A DNA stretch of 63,945 nucleotides, counting the filler, from Octopus bimaculoides (taxonomy: Eukaryota): NCBI RefSeq assembly GCF_001194135.2. It is 7 parts of 5 records of this genome, joined end to end, with 100 filler letters (N's around TTAATTAATTAA, not from the genome) between each part and the next. Parts side by side here need not be neighbours in the genome. Positions count along the whole stretch, not along the records: positions 28,348 to 57,935 come from NC_068992.1; positions 58,036 to 59,592 come from NC_068989.1; positions 59,693 to 61,692 come from NC_068981.1; positions 61,793 to 62,830 come from NC_068995.1; positions 62,931 to 63,945 come from NC_068981.1; 2 more parts are not named here. One strand, given 5' to 3'. Shown in pieces: positions 52,027 to 63,945 of this stretch. The notes beneath the pieces were generated by a model. That model had not been told where the DNA came from. It made no database searches and saw nothing but the letters and a program-made list of their open reading frames with translations. The position numbers and the translations under genes are program-made. Numbering within the stretch: position 1 is the first letter of the stretch; every line of letters begins with the position of its first letter.

Positions 52027-52299
52027 NNNNNNNNNNNNNNNNNNNNNNNNNNNNNNNNNNNNNNNNNNNNNNNNNNNNNNNNNNNNNNNNNNNNNNNNNN
52101 NNNNNNNNNNNNNNNNNNNNNNNNNNNNNNNNNNNNNNNNNNNNNNNNNNNNNNNNNNNNNNNNNNNNNNNNNNNNNNNNNNNNNNNNNNNNNNNNNNNN
52201 NNNNNNNNNNNNNNNNNNNNNNNNNNNNNNNNNNNNNNNNNNNNNNNNNNNNNNNNNNNNNNNNNNNNNNNNNNNNNNNNNNNNNNNNNNNNNNNNNNN

Positions 52300-52337
<38 letters not shown>

Positions 52338-53400
52338 TGTATAAATACACACGAGTGTCTGTACATGCGTGTGCATACGGATGTCGAACTTTTTTTATCG
52401 GATTGTATTTTTTTTTAACTTGCTGCTAAATAACTTTTGCATATTTAGGATATTTAGTGTATGTTTTTTGGCGGGTCGTCCACATAGGTGATAGCGAGAC
52501 GTGTCAAGCAAAAACAATGATGCGATATTGAACCAGATGTACTCTTTTACCAAATACATACGAAGACACAGACACAGACAGACACCCATAAACACACATA
52601 CAAACACATATATTTTAAGCGTTTTGTATGCTGCTATCGTTCTTCAACTGTGATTCTTTAGCAGTGTCAAATATCTGGTTGATGTGTACGCGCTCGCGAG
52701 TATATATATATATATATAATCAAAATACGCAACAGGATATCAAGTTGTGATGCAGTACGACTGCTTCCAGCGATTCCATTAATTGAACAATGCAATCATT
52801 ACATCAATTTAAATGCAGTGCTATCTTTAGCTGCACAAATAAATAAATAGAATTTTAACCAGTCGGACACATTAATATAAATCTTCTTAAATAGTTTAAC
52901 AGAGCAAGTAGATGGAAGAAATTCATGTTGTCGCTATTGTAGCTAAGAATAGACTACAGCTACACTTCCAAGGAAAGCACGAAGCCCATTGGAGTCATAG
53001 CTTGTAAAGGATTTCAATTCATTTCTAATTCATCTCTTTATCAACTGCTAAATCGAAGACTAGAAGACTGTGTCTGTATTGAATAAAGGACAAGAGTGAG
53101 TTGGCAGCTCATGGCTAGGTATGGTCATAAATATTGTCGTATGTATTCTTTTTCCTCAGGGAGGAAAGAAGACATTAGGAGTAGTCAATTGCGTATAAAG
53201 TAACTGTCTATAAAAAGAGGCTGGGTAGAGGAAGACTTTGAATCATGATGTTAATACAGAGTAAATTTCATCTTGGGGCACTATGGGTGATTGTTTGTAA
53301 AGAATATTGTTATGTTGTAAAAAAAATAAAATTTAAGATTTTCAAAAATATTACAACCAAAATAGGTAAAATATGTGTATATATCAATTATAAACATATA

Positions 53401-53486
<86 letters not shown>

Positions 53487-53519
53487 CATGCAGAGGGAGA
53501 GAGAGAGTGAGAGAGATGT

Positions 53520-54245
53520 GCTTATGAAAGCAAAAGAAATACCTATAGAAGAACTTAGGGCAAGACGAAAAAGAGGAACTGATCAACAGAACTCAATACC
53601 ATTTGTACTAACACAGAATCCGCATCACCAAAACATTTTTAACATCATCAAAACAAATTTGCCAATCAAAAAAAGAATGCGATAAATTAAAAAAAATACA
53701 TAACTACTCAAATATTTCTCTTGAGCAAAAGGCAACCACATAACTTAAAGAAGCTATTAACAAAGGCAAAATTCAACATGAACGAACAGGATAAGACATT
53801 CACAGTATCCAAATGTAATGGTAACAGATGTAGAACGTGTCAATACATACATATTGGTAGATACATTAGAACAAAAAAATGGACAGATTTTCGCAGATAC
53901 AGATATGAATTGCAAAAGCAGAAATTTGATCTACTGTATTAAATGCCCGAATTTAAAGGAACTATATATGGGCGAGACAGGGAATGCATTATCAGAACTC
54001 TCAGAAGTCTACAGACAACAAATCTGGAACACCATTGAGCGAATATATATAGAAACATATGGTCAGAAGATTTTCTAATTTTTCCTTTCCGCAAATCACA
54101 TGACACAAGTGAGTTTAGGAGAAAGATAAAAGAAAAACGGTTGATTAAAATGTTCAAATCTGTTCTGAACGGAAATGACAACAATAATGTAGCAACCAGT
54201 TAATGATGTGGATTAAAAAGTATCTTTAACATATGAATATAAACA
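53520..54245 (+). mobile_element. Penelope-like element 3' part: RT thumb, Cys-rich linker and GIY-YIG endonuclease, disrupted
   Basis: IPFVLTQNP, SKRQPHNLKKLLTKAKF, KCNGNRCRTC and CKSRNLIYCIKC...YMGETG..L. Confidence 0.9.
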
Positions 54246-54506
54246 AATTACAGAATATCGGTACGCCCGGCAAACCATGACGTTTAAGCTGAATGTGGAT
54301 TGGTCAAAACCGTATTCGAAAAATTCAGATTGCTGGAGCGTTCTAGGAGGTACTACAGCTGTCAAGATCTCAACTGTCAGTTAAATACATTTTGAAATTT
54401 GACGATTATACGAACGTATGAAATAACGCTACAAAATACTTTCTAATGTTAAAATAGCATAATAAAAAACGTGAAAACCAGACCATGTTTGAACCTTATT
54501 GAACTG

Positions 54507-54568
<62 letters not shown>

Positions 54569-54815
54569 NNNNNNNNNNNNNNNNNNNNNNNNNNNNNNNN
54601 NNNNNNNNNNNNNNNNNNNNNNNNNNNNNNNNNNNNNNNNNNNNNNNNNNNNNNNNNNNNNNNNNNNNNNNNNNNNNNNNNNNNNNNNNNNNNNNNNNNN
54701 NNNNNNNNNNNNNNNNNNNNNNNNNNNNNNNNNNNNNNNNNNNNNNNNNNNNNNNNNNNNNNNNNNNNNNNNNNNNNNNNNNNNNNNNNNNNNNNNNNNN
54801 NNNNTATATATACAC

Positions 54816-54848
<33 letters not shown>

Positions 54849-54851
54849 CAC

Positions 54852-54908
<57 letters not shown>

Positions 54909-56209
54909 TTAGACTGCGTTGTTCAGAGAGAAAGAGTATCAAGATTTCATGCTAAACCATAAACGTACCTTTAATATTTATCGATGGCAAGCCTCCAACA
55001 GACATAAACGCACACAAACACACACAGACACATAGCTGCACACGCATGAAGGCATAAACGCATCCATAGACACACAAGCGTACACGTATACAACGTATAC
55101 ACGCAAATAATGTTTCATTAATCGTTCGCTATTCCCACACTGTCCTTTCATTTCGTATCATTACCAGAATCAATATGTATATACACGCGGTGGTGGGGGA
55201 TAAAACAGTAACTTGTTTTCAGCTATGATAAACATAAGAATAAATAAATGAAGAAACGAATGCTAACGTAAAGAAGTGACAAGCAAGCATTAAATCATAA
55301 GAGCAAAATCAAGAATAAAATATTTTCCTTCACCTATTTGCTAATTGCTTTGCATTTTCATAATAAGCCATGGAGAAGGAAGTCATATCAAGTAGATGTG
55401 ACGCCTATATTTCTTTTCCTGACGTATGCATTTGTGTGTAATGATAATATTATGTTATGTTATTTTTATAGGCTGCTTGGAATAGCTGTTATTTTGGTTC
55501 TAGTTGTTGTTATAGTTGTTGTTCTCACATGATTTTTGTTTTTCATTCCGTTTGATTTTTGTTCATATTTTGTCTTACGTGTGTATATTCGTGTGTGCCT
55601 CTATTTGTGTTTGTGTCTGTTAGTGTGCGTGGGATTTGGGCATTAATAAGACGTTAAAAAAACATCAAAGCTTCAAATGGGTTGAAATGCATCTTTTATA
55701 TATTTTTATATACTTATATATCGATATATATATATATTAAGACGCCATTAAGCACTGTACTATTAACAGGATCTAAGACAGAATTTCAATAACTAGAACG
55801 ATTATAACCGTTCAGAATGAAAGAAAAATGCAATCACAACAAAAACCTAACAAAAAAGAGATAAGTAGTAAAAATAATTCCTAATATACATTAGCATTAA
55901 CAACAAAAACAACGTTCAAAACAGAAGGACATTGATATAACTGAAACTTGAAAAGAAAAAGCTAAAATATTAAGTTGAAACAATGAAACAATGGTGATAG
56001 GGGGCTATTTTAGCGTCGCAATTTATTTTCCAAAGATAATGTTCTCACGAAGTATATGTTCTATACTTCAATGGAGAGCAATCTGTGTCTTTTGATTTAT
56101 CTTGGAAATTACTTCGTTTGGTAGAACTACAAAGACACTCTGTTTTATATGTAATACACATCTCTACATTTATCTAAGTATATCTGTATGTATCCATCTC
56201 AATTTCACT

Positions 56210-56250
<41 letters not shown>

Positions 56251-59194
56251 CATACATACATACATACATACATGCATACATACATACATATAAACACACA
56301 TACACATATACGCGCGTGCACACACATTTACGCAAATATACGCCATACGGATACGCTATTTTTATATTTTTAATTGTCAGATGTAACAAACTGATCCAAG
56401 GGCCGAGTGCTTCATGCATACCTCATTGCAAACTTAACTAATTCGGACTAGTGCTATGAAAGTAACTCTATCCTTGAGTTGTTTATGCCGAATAAAATAT
56501 ATACATATCTATATGTAGAATTGTATCTATCCAGTTCGTACTACCAAAAGTGCCACATAAACATCCCCCCTCACACGTACACACACGCGCGCATACACAC
56601 TCACGCATATATCTATATGTTCGCATATGCACAGATCGCAGTGACGAAATTATTTAATGGAGAAGGGAAAATTATTGCAGTCTAAATACATATATGCGTA
56701 CATAAATACATAAACTCATCTAATATGTTTTTACTTACGTACATAACTACATGTATACACATGCATACACACATATGTATATATAACCTTTTTGTACATT
56801 CCAAGAATCATAGAATTAAGACAAGAAGAAATCGGATTCGCAATACAAAGAAAGGTCCAAAGAAAGGTCCATGCATGCTGAGCGCATACATGGACCAGCT
56901 GCTCTGTTAAACCTGTTGTTAAAATTGCCCATTAGATGAAATGCAACACTATAATCAATAGCTTATCGAGATTGCTATGATAGTTTCATTTATGTGTTGT
57001 GGAAGAAAACCCCATTGGATAACAAAATTGTGTAACACGATTTTTGACCTTGTTAACCCTAGAAATTATGAATATGGCTAATGTTTCCTTCAAACTTTGC
57101 TTTTCCTATATTTATTCAGTATCCATATCCATTGAATATCTCTCAACACATGGTTATGATGCTTCTCGACTAATCCTGCTCATGATCAGAGATGCATCTA
57201 TTATCAGCCACTAAGGGATTTGCTCAACTAGTTATGGTTAAGCAACTGACAAGCAAATCTGTGGTATTGAGCAGAATACTTGCTATAACGATATTTCTGC
57301 TTCAACAACTTCAGCGCTGAACGTGTCTGAAATGTAATGAAAATATATCAGTTTCATAACATTGATGTCCGGGTCACAAAAGCAAAGTCTGACGGGGATA
57401 GCTGTCATTTCCTTTGATTTCTAGATAGAAACGAGTAGGAAATAAAACTTACTGACCAAAGACAAAAATAAATAAATAAATATACATTTTGTCACAGGGT
57501 GTAATATGAGTGTGGTTACAATTCCGCTGCTTTGAGAAGTAAACTTGGGTTGGCCACCGAGGGGACAGCTTAAATTTTCGAGTAGATTGAAGAGTTGAGC
57601 ACCAAGAAAAAAAATCACTTGCAAATAACACTTCATACAGGTTAATAAAATATCATATTTGCGTTAATACATATAGAAATATAACCAAATTTGCCGAATA
57701 ACTATTCTTATGAATTACATGGCCAACTTCCTTAAGTCATAAACATTATTTATGTTATAAGCATAAATGTTGTTCATTTCCTGCCAATAGCCACAATCCA
57801 TTATTTCCATTCATTGTATTGGTTGAGGTAGGTTTGGAAAGGAATATTCTTAGTAATGATTCATTATATTTTAAATATGTACAAACATTTGTACATACGT
57901 ACACACATATATGTATGCATGTATGTATGTATGTANNNNNNNNNNNNNNNNNNNNNNNNNNNNNNNNNNNNNNNNNNNNTTAATTAATTAANNNNNNNNN
58001 NNNNNNNNNNNNNNNNNNNNNNNNNNNNNNNNNNNTTCACAATGCTAAATAAATATTAGCCTAAGAATACTGGAAACTGTTTCTTACATTGTAAAGAATT
58101 ATATTCTCTTTGGAAATCACTCCTCGGATATCGATCAAATTTGTCCGAAAACAAAGTATATATAAATACAACTACTCCATACGGACTCTAGAAGTAGTAA
58201 AAAATAAACAAGCGTTATAAAGAAAAAGAAAAAATAGCCTCACACGCTTTAGACATGGAGTGATCAATATTGAAACATGAGACGTAAACCTAGTTAAAAT
58301 TTTGATTCTATTATTGCTGGAGGCTTTTAAGTAAATATAAATTTCTTCTAACCACACAACACACTGTCACTTTTTAAAAAGAATATATATCAAATGGATT
58401 TAAGTAGAGTTATTTCATTACATATATATATATATATATATATGTAAAGAAAAACATGTCTATCAAAATAAAATGTATTATGCTTTTGTAGATGGCGAAT
58501 ATCGTTAAATTCTTTTAAGCAAATAGAGTAAGAAAATAAGTGATTCATATTTTCTGCATTTATTGTATGTATTCTGAAATGTGTGTATGCAAAATTTATT
58601 TGCAATATCTCTTAGTATTTCGATTTCGTCTCCAAGACCACTTGTTTATTTTCTCAAGAACGGAGTCTGTAGAACTTTATCTTTCTTCTGCCAACATCAG
58701 ACCAACTAAGAACCAATCTATATTTAGCAAAACTACTACAAATAAAAGCCAACTCTCCCTACCACTTTAATAGAAGAAAAGAATCACTGTTAAATTTTCT
58801 AATAAATAACAAAGGTAAAAGACGATCACGTTATAGAGGTGTTCAAATACGATCACATTGACCAGAGGCGTTCAAATACGGCTGGTAGTAGTTTTACCAG
58901 TAACAGCAACAGTAGCAACAATAAACACATCAACACATATTTTCCTTGACCTGGATAATTTTGTGGAAGGCATTGTTGATGCTGTTGTTATGAAAGACGT
59001 CACTAGTGTTTTGCGTCAGAAGCGCGCTGCTGTGACAAACTGTGTTATAGTCATCACTTATCCTACAATAAAGTCTACTATTTAACTCCGATATAGTTTC
59101 AATTGCCTTAATTTCAACTTTCGTTATGGGTGAGGATTATTTACAGGCTAATATTCTATAAATTTCTAAAGTGGAATAAGAAAATAATAATAAC

Positions 59195-59386
59195 CAGGAT
59201 CCTTGTCCAGTATCGGATCGATCCCAAAATCTAATTAGTTTGTGTCAGTGACGAGGCCAAACATCCCTGAAAGATCCGTCTGTGTCCATGCAGTGGATCT
59301 TGAGGTATCTTCTCCACGGAGAAACAAACAAACAAACAAACATGACTGAAAGCGATAACTCTGCCTTCGCTAAGGCAGAGGTAATA
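59195..59386 (-). mobile_element. Non-autonomous Helentron/DINE-like element
   Basis: Minus strand starts tattacCTCTGCC-ttagcgaa-GGCAGAG (hairpin), then a (GTTT)n tract, then gattttgggatcgatccgat. Confidence 0.55.
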
Positions 59387-59388
59387 GA

Positions 59389-59389
<1 letters not shown>

Positions 59390-59448
<59 letters not shown>
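59390..59448 (+). repeat. (TAA)n microsatellite
   Basis: Direct inspection. Confidence 0.95.
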
Positions 59449-59449
<1 letters not shown>

Positions 59450-59866
59450 TGGATGTGCTACACCGGGCTCCCTATACAAAAACATATCTAATCCAATAAC
59501 ATCGATGGAATTAGCCAAAAGAACCGGTGGAAGATTTGAAGGAAGCGGTCTTTTAACGAAGATAATTTTTTTAAGAATATTTTTTATTCTTANNNNNNNN
59601 NNNNNNNNNNNNNNNNNNNNNNNNNNNNNNNNNNNNTTAATTAATTAANNNNNNNNNNNNNNNNNNNNNNNNNNNNNNNNNNNNNNNNNNNNTAAACTGT
59701 TCCCTCCCTTTCAAATTTCTGGTCTTGTATCTAAATCAGAAGTCTGTTTAATTTGATCGCTTTTATTTTAAAAAGCACACCCATATATTATTCTTTTCTT
59801 AATTGCATGCAATATACTTTCGATTATAAACATAGAGAAAAATCCTTGTTCAAAATGCTAAATAGA

Positions 59867-60050
59867 TACCGTAAATCCTCGAGTATAATCCGCATTTTTC
59901 CCCCAAAATTTAAAGGTCAAAATCCCTAGTGCGTACTATATACGAGGTTAAAAATGAAAAATATTTTCTAAGCAATGTCCGTGTCTCTATTTGCTGTCCG
60001 GCAATGTTTATTCAGGCGCATTTTGTGATGTCGGGCGCGAAAATACCTTA
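59867..60050 (+). mobile_element. pogo/Tc2-type DNA transposon left end
   Basis: TA-CCGTAAATCCTCGAGTATAATCCGCA, with an imperfect subterminal inverted copy tgcgtactatatacgagg at ~59930. Confidence 0.55.
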
Positions 60051-60515
60051 ATCTAATAGCTTAAGCTATATTTATTTTTCACTGCCGTTAATACTGTTAA
60101 TTCTTTATTTTCTGCAAACAAAGTGCACAAAAAACTACACGTTTGCATTATGTTATATATACAATAATAATAAAGGACGTTACCGTATATACGTTTACAA
60201 ACCAAGGACGTTATGTAGACCTTGACTCTTTGAAAAGAGAAAAGATAGAGAATATATACATATATTGCTGTCCACGACACGTCATAAACTTTTTCTCTAT
60301 CGGTGGAATCCAGCTGTAGGGCAAGACAAGATATTTGATACTAATAAAGGTCGCAGACACGAATGTGTGAGAGTGTCGTCCACTATAGCGAACATCCTTC
60401 ACTCTTTAATATCAGTGTAACCTTCTCAAAAAGAATACATTAATGAAAGTTAAGTAGTGGCTGACTGCTAACGGATTATAGCGCATCGATAATCCGTTAG
60501 CAGACAGATAGATAA

Positions 60516-60574
<59 letters not shown>

Positions 60575-61517
60575 TGTGTATGTAAATAGATTCATAGTTA
60601 CACAGCTAGATACACAATTACATACATACACATTCATGAGTATATATATATATATTTCTATGCACTTTTATGTAAATGGATGACAATTTTAATGACAGTT
60701 TGTATGTTTTCGGGTGTGTACAGTATACCCTAGAGATATGTGTGTATCAAAGTGTATGTATGTATATATGTAATTTTATCTATGCATTTCTCTAAATGCG
60801 TGTATCTACGCTTGCTTGCATGTATTTATTGGTGTATGTGTATTTAGTGGACGTTCAAGTGATATGAGAGCAGATCAAATTTCATGGGCGGGTTTTATCG
60901 CTATTTTCTTATTAATGTCTATATTTGGAAATAACCTCGACACTAAGAGGACAACTTCTCAGTTTTCGTTTTCAGCTTCAGGATTGCTTTTAGTTGACAT
61001 TAATCTTTTTTTTTTTTTTTTTCAATGCTGGAGAAAGGGTACTCTTTTTATTGGTAGGTGAATGGGGAGTGTTTGGTTACGTCGCATAGGTTATATAAAT
61101 GCTTAAATATAAAAGGGATGAAAGAAACGGAACAATGTCGGAGTAAATGCTTCATAGTACATAAGCGGAGATGTTCAAGAAACCTCGCCTCCTTCACAAA
61201 AAAAAAAGAGATAAAAAACAACAGGAAAACGAATTGTTGTACTGAGTCAATGTACTGCGCTCTTACCCTATAGTATAAAGCTTCGCTGACCTACACAATG
61301 CAAATTCCTTAGGGTTCAACTTCGCCTTTCATCTCTTCTGCTTTGTTGCTCTGTTGCCTTTGTTCTTGTTTTAATGTTGTTACTGTTGTAGTTTTAGCTG
61401 TTGTTATTTGCCCTCCTTTAATATAAACAGTCCTCCTATGACAGTCGAAGTATTAGAATTTAATAACTATAATCAACATTTACCCAACAACTGAGCAGAA
61501 ATTTTTAAAAAAAACAG

Positions 61518-61680
61518 GAGTGGCTGTGTGGTAAGTAGCTTGCTTACCAACTACATGGTTCCGGGTTCAGTCCCACTGCGTGGCACCTTGGGCAAGTGTC
61601 TTCTACTATAGCCTCGGGCCAACCAAAGCCTTGTGAGTGGATTTGGTGGACGGAAACTGAAAGAAGCCCGTCGTATATAT
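61518..61680 (+). mobile_element. SINE family A head
   Basis: ggagtggctgtgtggtaag...gggttcagtccc...caccttgggcaagtg...gaaagaagcccgtc. Confidence 0.9.
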
Positions 61681-61832
61681 GTCTGTATATATNNNNNNNN
61701 NNNNNNNNNNNNNNNNNNNNNNNNNNNNNNNNNNNNTTAATTAATTAANNNNNNNNNNNNNNNNNNNNNNNNNNNNNNNNNNNNNNNNNNNNAGCAAGCT
61801 TCTTATGATACAGATATTTATACACACACGCG

Positions 61833-61887
<55 letters not shown>

Positions 61888-62930
61888 AAACACATACATA
61901 CACGCAGACATACACACTAGCAATGCATCCTGGCACATTGTATTATTTGTTCCTTTCTTATGGGCAGAATTGGCACAACTGATATATAGTGAACTGGATT
62001 ATTGGCGTAATGGAAGTTATCGTTTGTTTAAAAGTGAAGGTAGGGGAGGGTTCAATTTGCATGAGTTTGCATGAAAGTGCTTTCTGTTCTTAAGAAAGAT
62101 CACAATCTATGTATTGTTTCATCGTATAAAAGGGGGTCAATACGTTTTTGCCCAGAAATCACATTAAATAAATTTTAATTTCCTCCGTCCCTACTGCAAT
62201 TTCTTAATTTGTAACTTTATCGACTTTTTTTTATCGACGTAGAAAAATACAGAGATTACGAATGTGGGAAATATATATATTTTTTAAAGTTTGATTTTTC
62301 TTAAAGAAACACTCAATGCCCCTTTCTCCACCTCAGCCACCCATCACCTACCTCCTTTCAAAAAGCTAAAGTCTCCAAATGTTTCACTTTCGTCTGATGT
62401 TTCATGTATACGTAGAATTGTATTGAAATAGCAGACGTATGTATATCTATATATGTTAAAGTATGCATATATATGCGAGTTTTTACGATTTTTTATATGT
62501 TTATATTTGGATATTGTAAATTAACTTCATGAACTTTATATAATCTCCGAAGAGGCCTACAGAATCATGCATGTACCTCTGTTTCATCCATTTCATCTAT
62601 CAATTACTTCAGCCTACTGGAGTTATATAAATAGAATGAAGCATGTCACCCTAAACTGAAACAGCTGTAAGACATTGTCCCATCTTCGGTCACTAGATGT
62701 CCTTTTTAATTACTGATATGACATGATATGTCACATGTGTTTGTATATTGTTTTTATTGTCCTCTTAGTTAAAAAATAAACAGGTAAATTGACATAATAC
62801 AATGTCTGCAAGTTGATGAATACCACATATNNNNNNNNNNNNNNNNNNNNNNNNNNNNNNNNNNNNNNNNNNNNTTAATTAATTAANNNNNNNNNNNNNN
62901 NNNNNNNNNNNNNNNNNNNNNNNNNNNNNN

Positions 62931-62942
62931 GAAAGAAGCCCG

Positions 62943-62995
<53 letters not shown>

Positions 62996-63238
62996 GATAT
63001 ATATATGTTTGTGTGTGCATGTGTGTAATATATATATTTGTGTGTCTGTGTTTCTTCCCCCACCAACACAGCTTGACAACTGATGTTGGTGTATTTACGT
63101 CCCCGTAACTAAGCGGTTCGGCAAAACAGACGGATTTAATAAGTACTTGATTTACAAAGAATAAGTCCTGGCGTCGATTTGTCCGACTAAAGGCGGTGCT
63201 CCAGCACGGCCGCAGTCAAATGACTGAAACAAGTAAAA
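62931..63238 (+). mobile_element. SINE family A, internal microsatellite and tail
   Basis: gaaagaagcccgtc-(TA)n-(TG)n-tail, ending gactgaaacaagtaaaag. Confidence 0.9.
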
Positions 63239-63355
63239 GAATGTATATATATACATATATACATATACATACATATGTATATATATGTATATGCGTATAT
63301 ATGTATACACACACACACACATATGTATGTATACGTAGAAATGTGTGCATGTATG

Positions 63356-63405
<50 letters not shown>

Positions 63406-63515
63406 TATAAAGAACAAATGGATCAAAGAACGCATGAACCAAACTAGATACAATCTTTTCCGCTTCTTATATACTACTTTCCCGATTTTTGTATTTGCTC
63501 TTTTGTTTTGTTTAG

Positions 63516-63561
63516 GTCCAGTTGCGTGTGACAGAGCACGTGTGGCTATTTAGAGTTAACA
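63516..63561 (+). other. Candidate 46-nt exon (VQLRVTEHVWLFRVN frame open)
   Basis: Long polypyrimidine tract + tttag acceptor, donor gtaaat. Confidence 0.2.
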
Positions 63562-63747
63562 GTAAATACTTACAAACATTATTGGACGAAAGCTCGATCC
63601 TTGCCACATCTGCTGTGAAAAAATCACGTTAAAAATTAAGTGAAATTTCATGTTAAATGTTTTTCTCGAATTCTATCATTTTGAAGCGTCGGCAATTTCT
63701 AAAAACACATTTAGGCTCACGCAATATTGTTGTATTGTTGTGATTGA

Positions 63748-63814
63748 TGTTGTTGCTGCGGCTGCTGCTGCTGCTGCTGTTGTTGTTGTTGTTGTTCTTC
63801 TTCTTCTTCTTCTT

Positions 63815-63899
<85 letters not shown>

Positions 63900-63905
63900 T
63901 TATCA

Positions 63906-63945
<40 letters not shown>
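63748..63945 (+). repeat. In-register compound trinucleotide tract (GCT)(GTT)(CTT)(ATT)(CAT)(ATT)
   Basis: Direct inspection. Confidence 0.95.

Noticed and set aside
57541-57560. Second CTCF-like motif TGGCCACCGAGGGGACAG
   Set aside because: Three mismatches in the core.
58880-59040. Minus-strand ATG (58973) with a short hydrophobic peptide and CRE-like sites
   Set aside because: 33-codon ORF with only a weak donor; indistinguishable from chance.

Overview
AT-rich, repeat-saturated eukaryotic DNA, very probably from an octopus (inferred from the SINE types, the RTE LINE and the extreme microsatellite load). It comes from a fragmented assembly: about 24 N-gaps (~8.7 kb), six carrying an artificial TTAATTAATTAA linker. 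I recognise no complete host protein-coding gene, and almost all long ORFs in the track are microsatellite or N-gap artefacts. Supported content: (1) Decayed retroelements of RTE, CR1, Penelope-like, HERO-like and R4/Dong-like (RLE) type. (2) Decayed DNA transposons: hAT/Buster, Tc1-mariner, a pogo/Tc2-type end, a fold-back MITE and a Helentron-like element. (3) Three tRNA-derived SINE families, one with a swapped 3' tail. (4) Two CpG-rich promoter-like islands (~12.0 and ~16.1 kb) with outward-facing splice donors. Most notable: a dispersed set of minimal type I hammerhead-ribozyme motifs linked to Penelope-like ends, one nearly intact at 22401-22484. Also notable are an RLE retrotransposon flanked on both sides by (CATA)n and two adjacent ancient fold-back inversions. 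Family assignments come from recalled motifs, not database searches.
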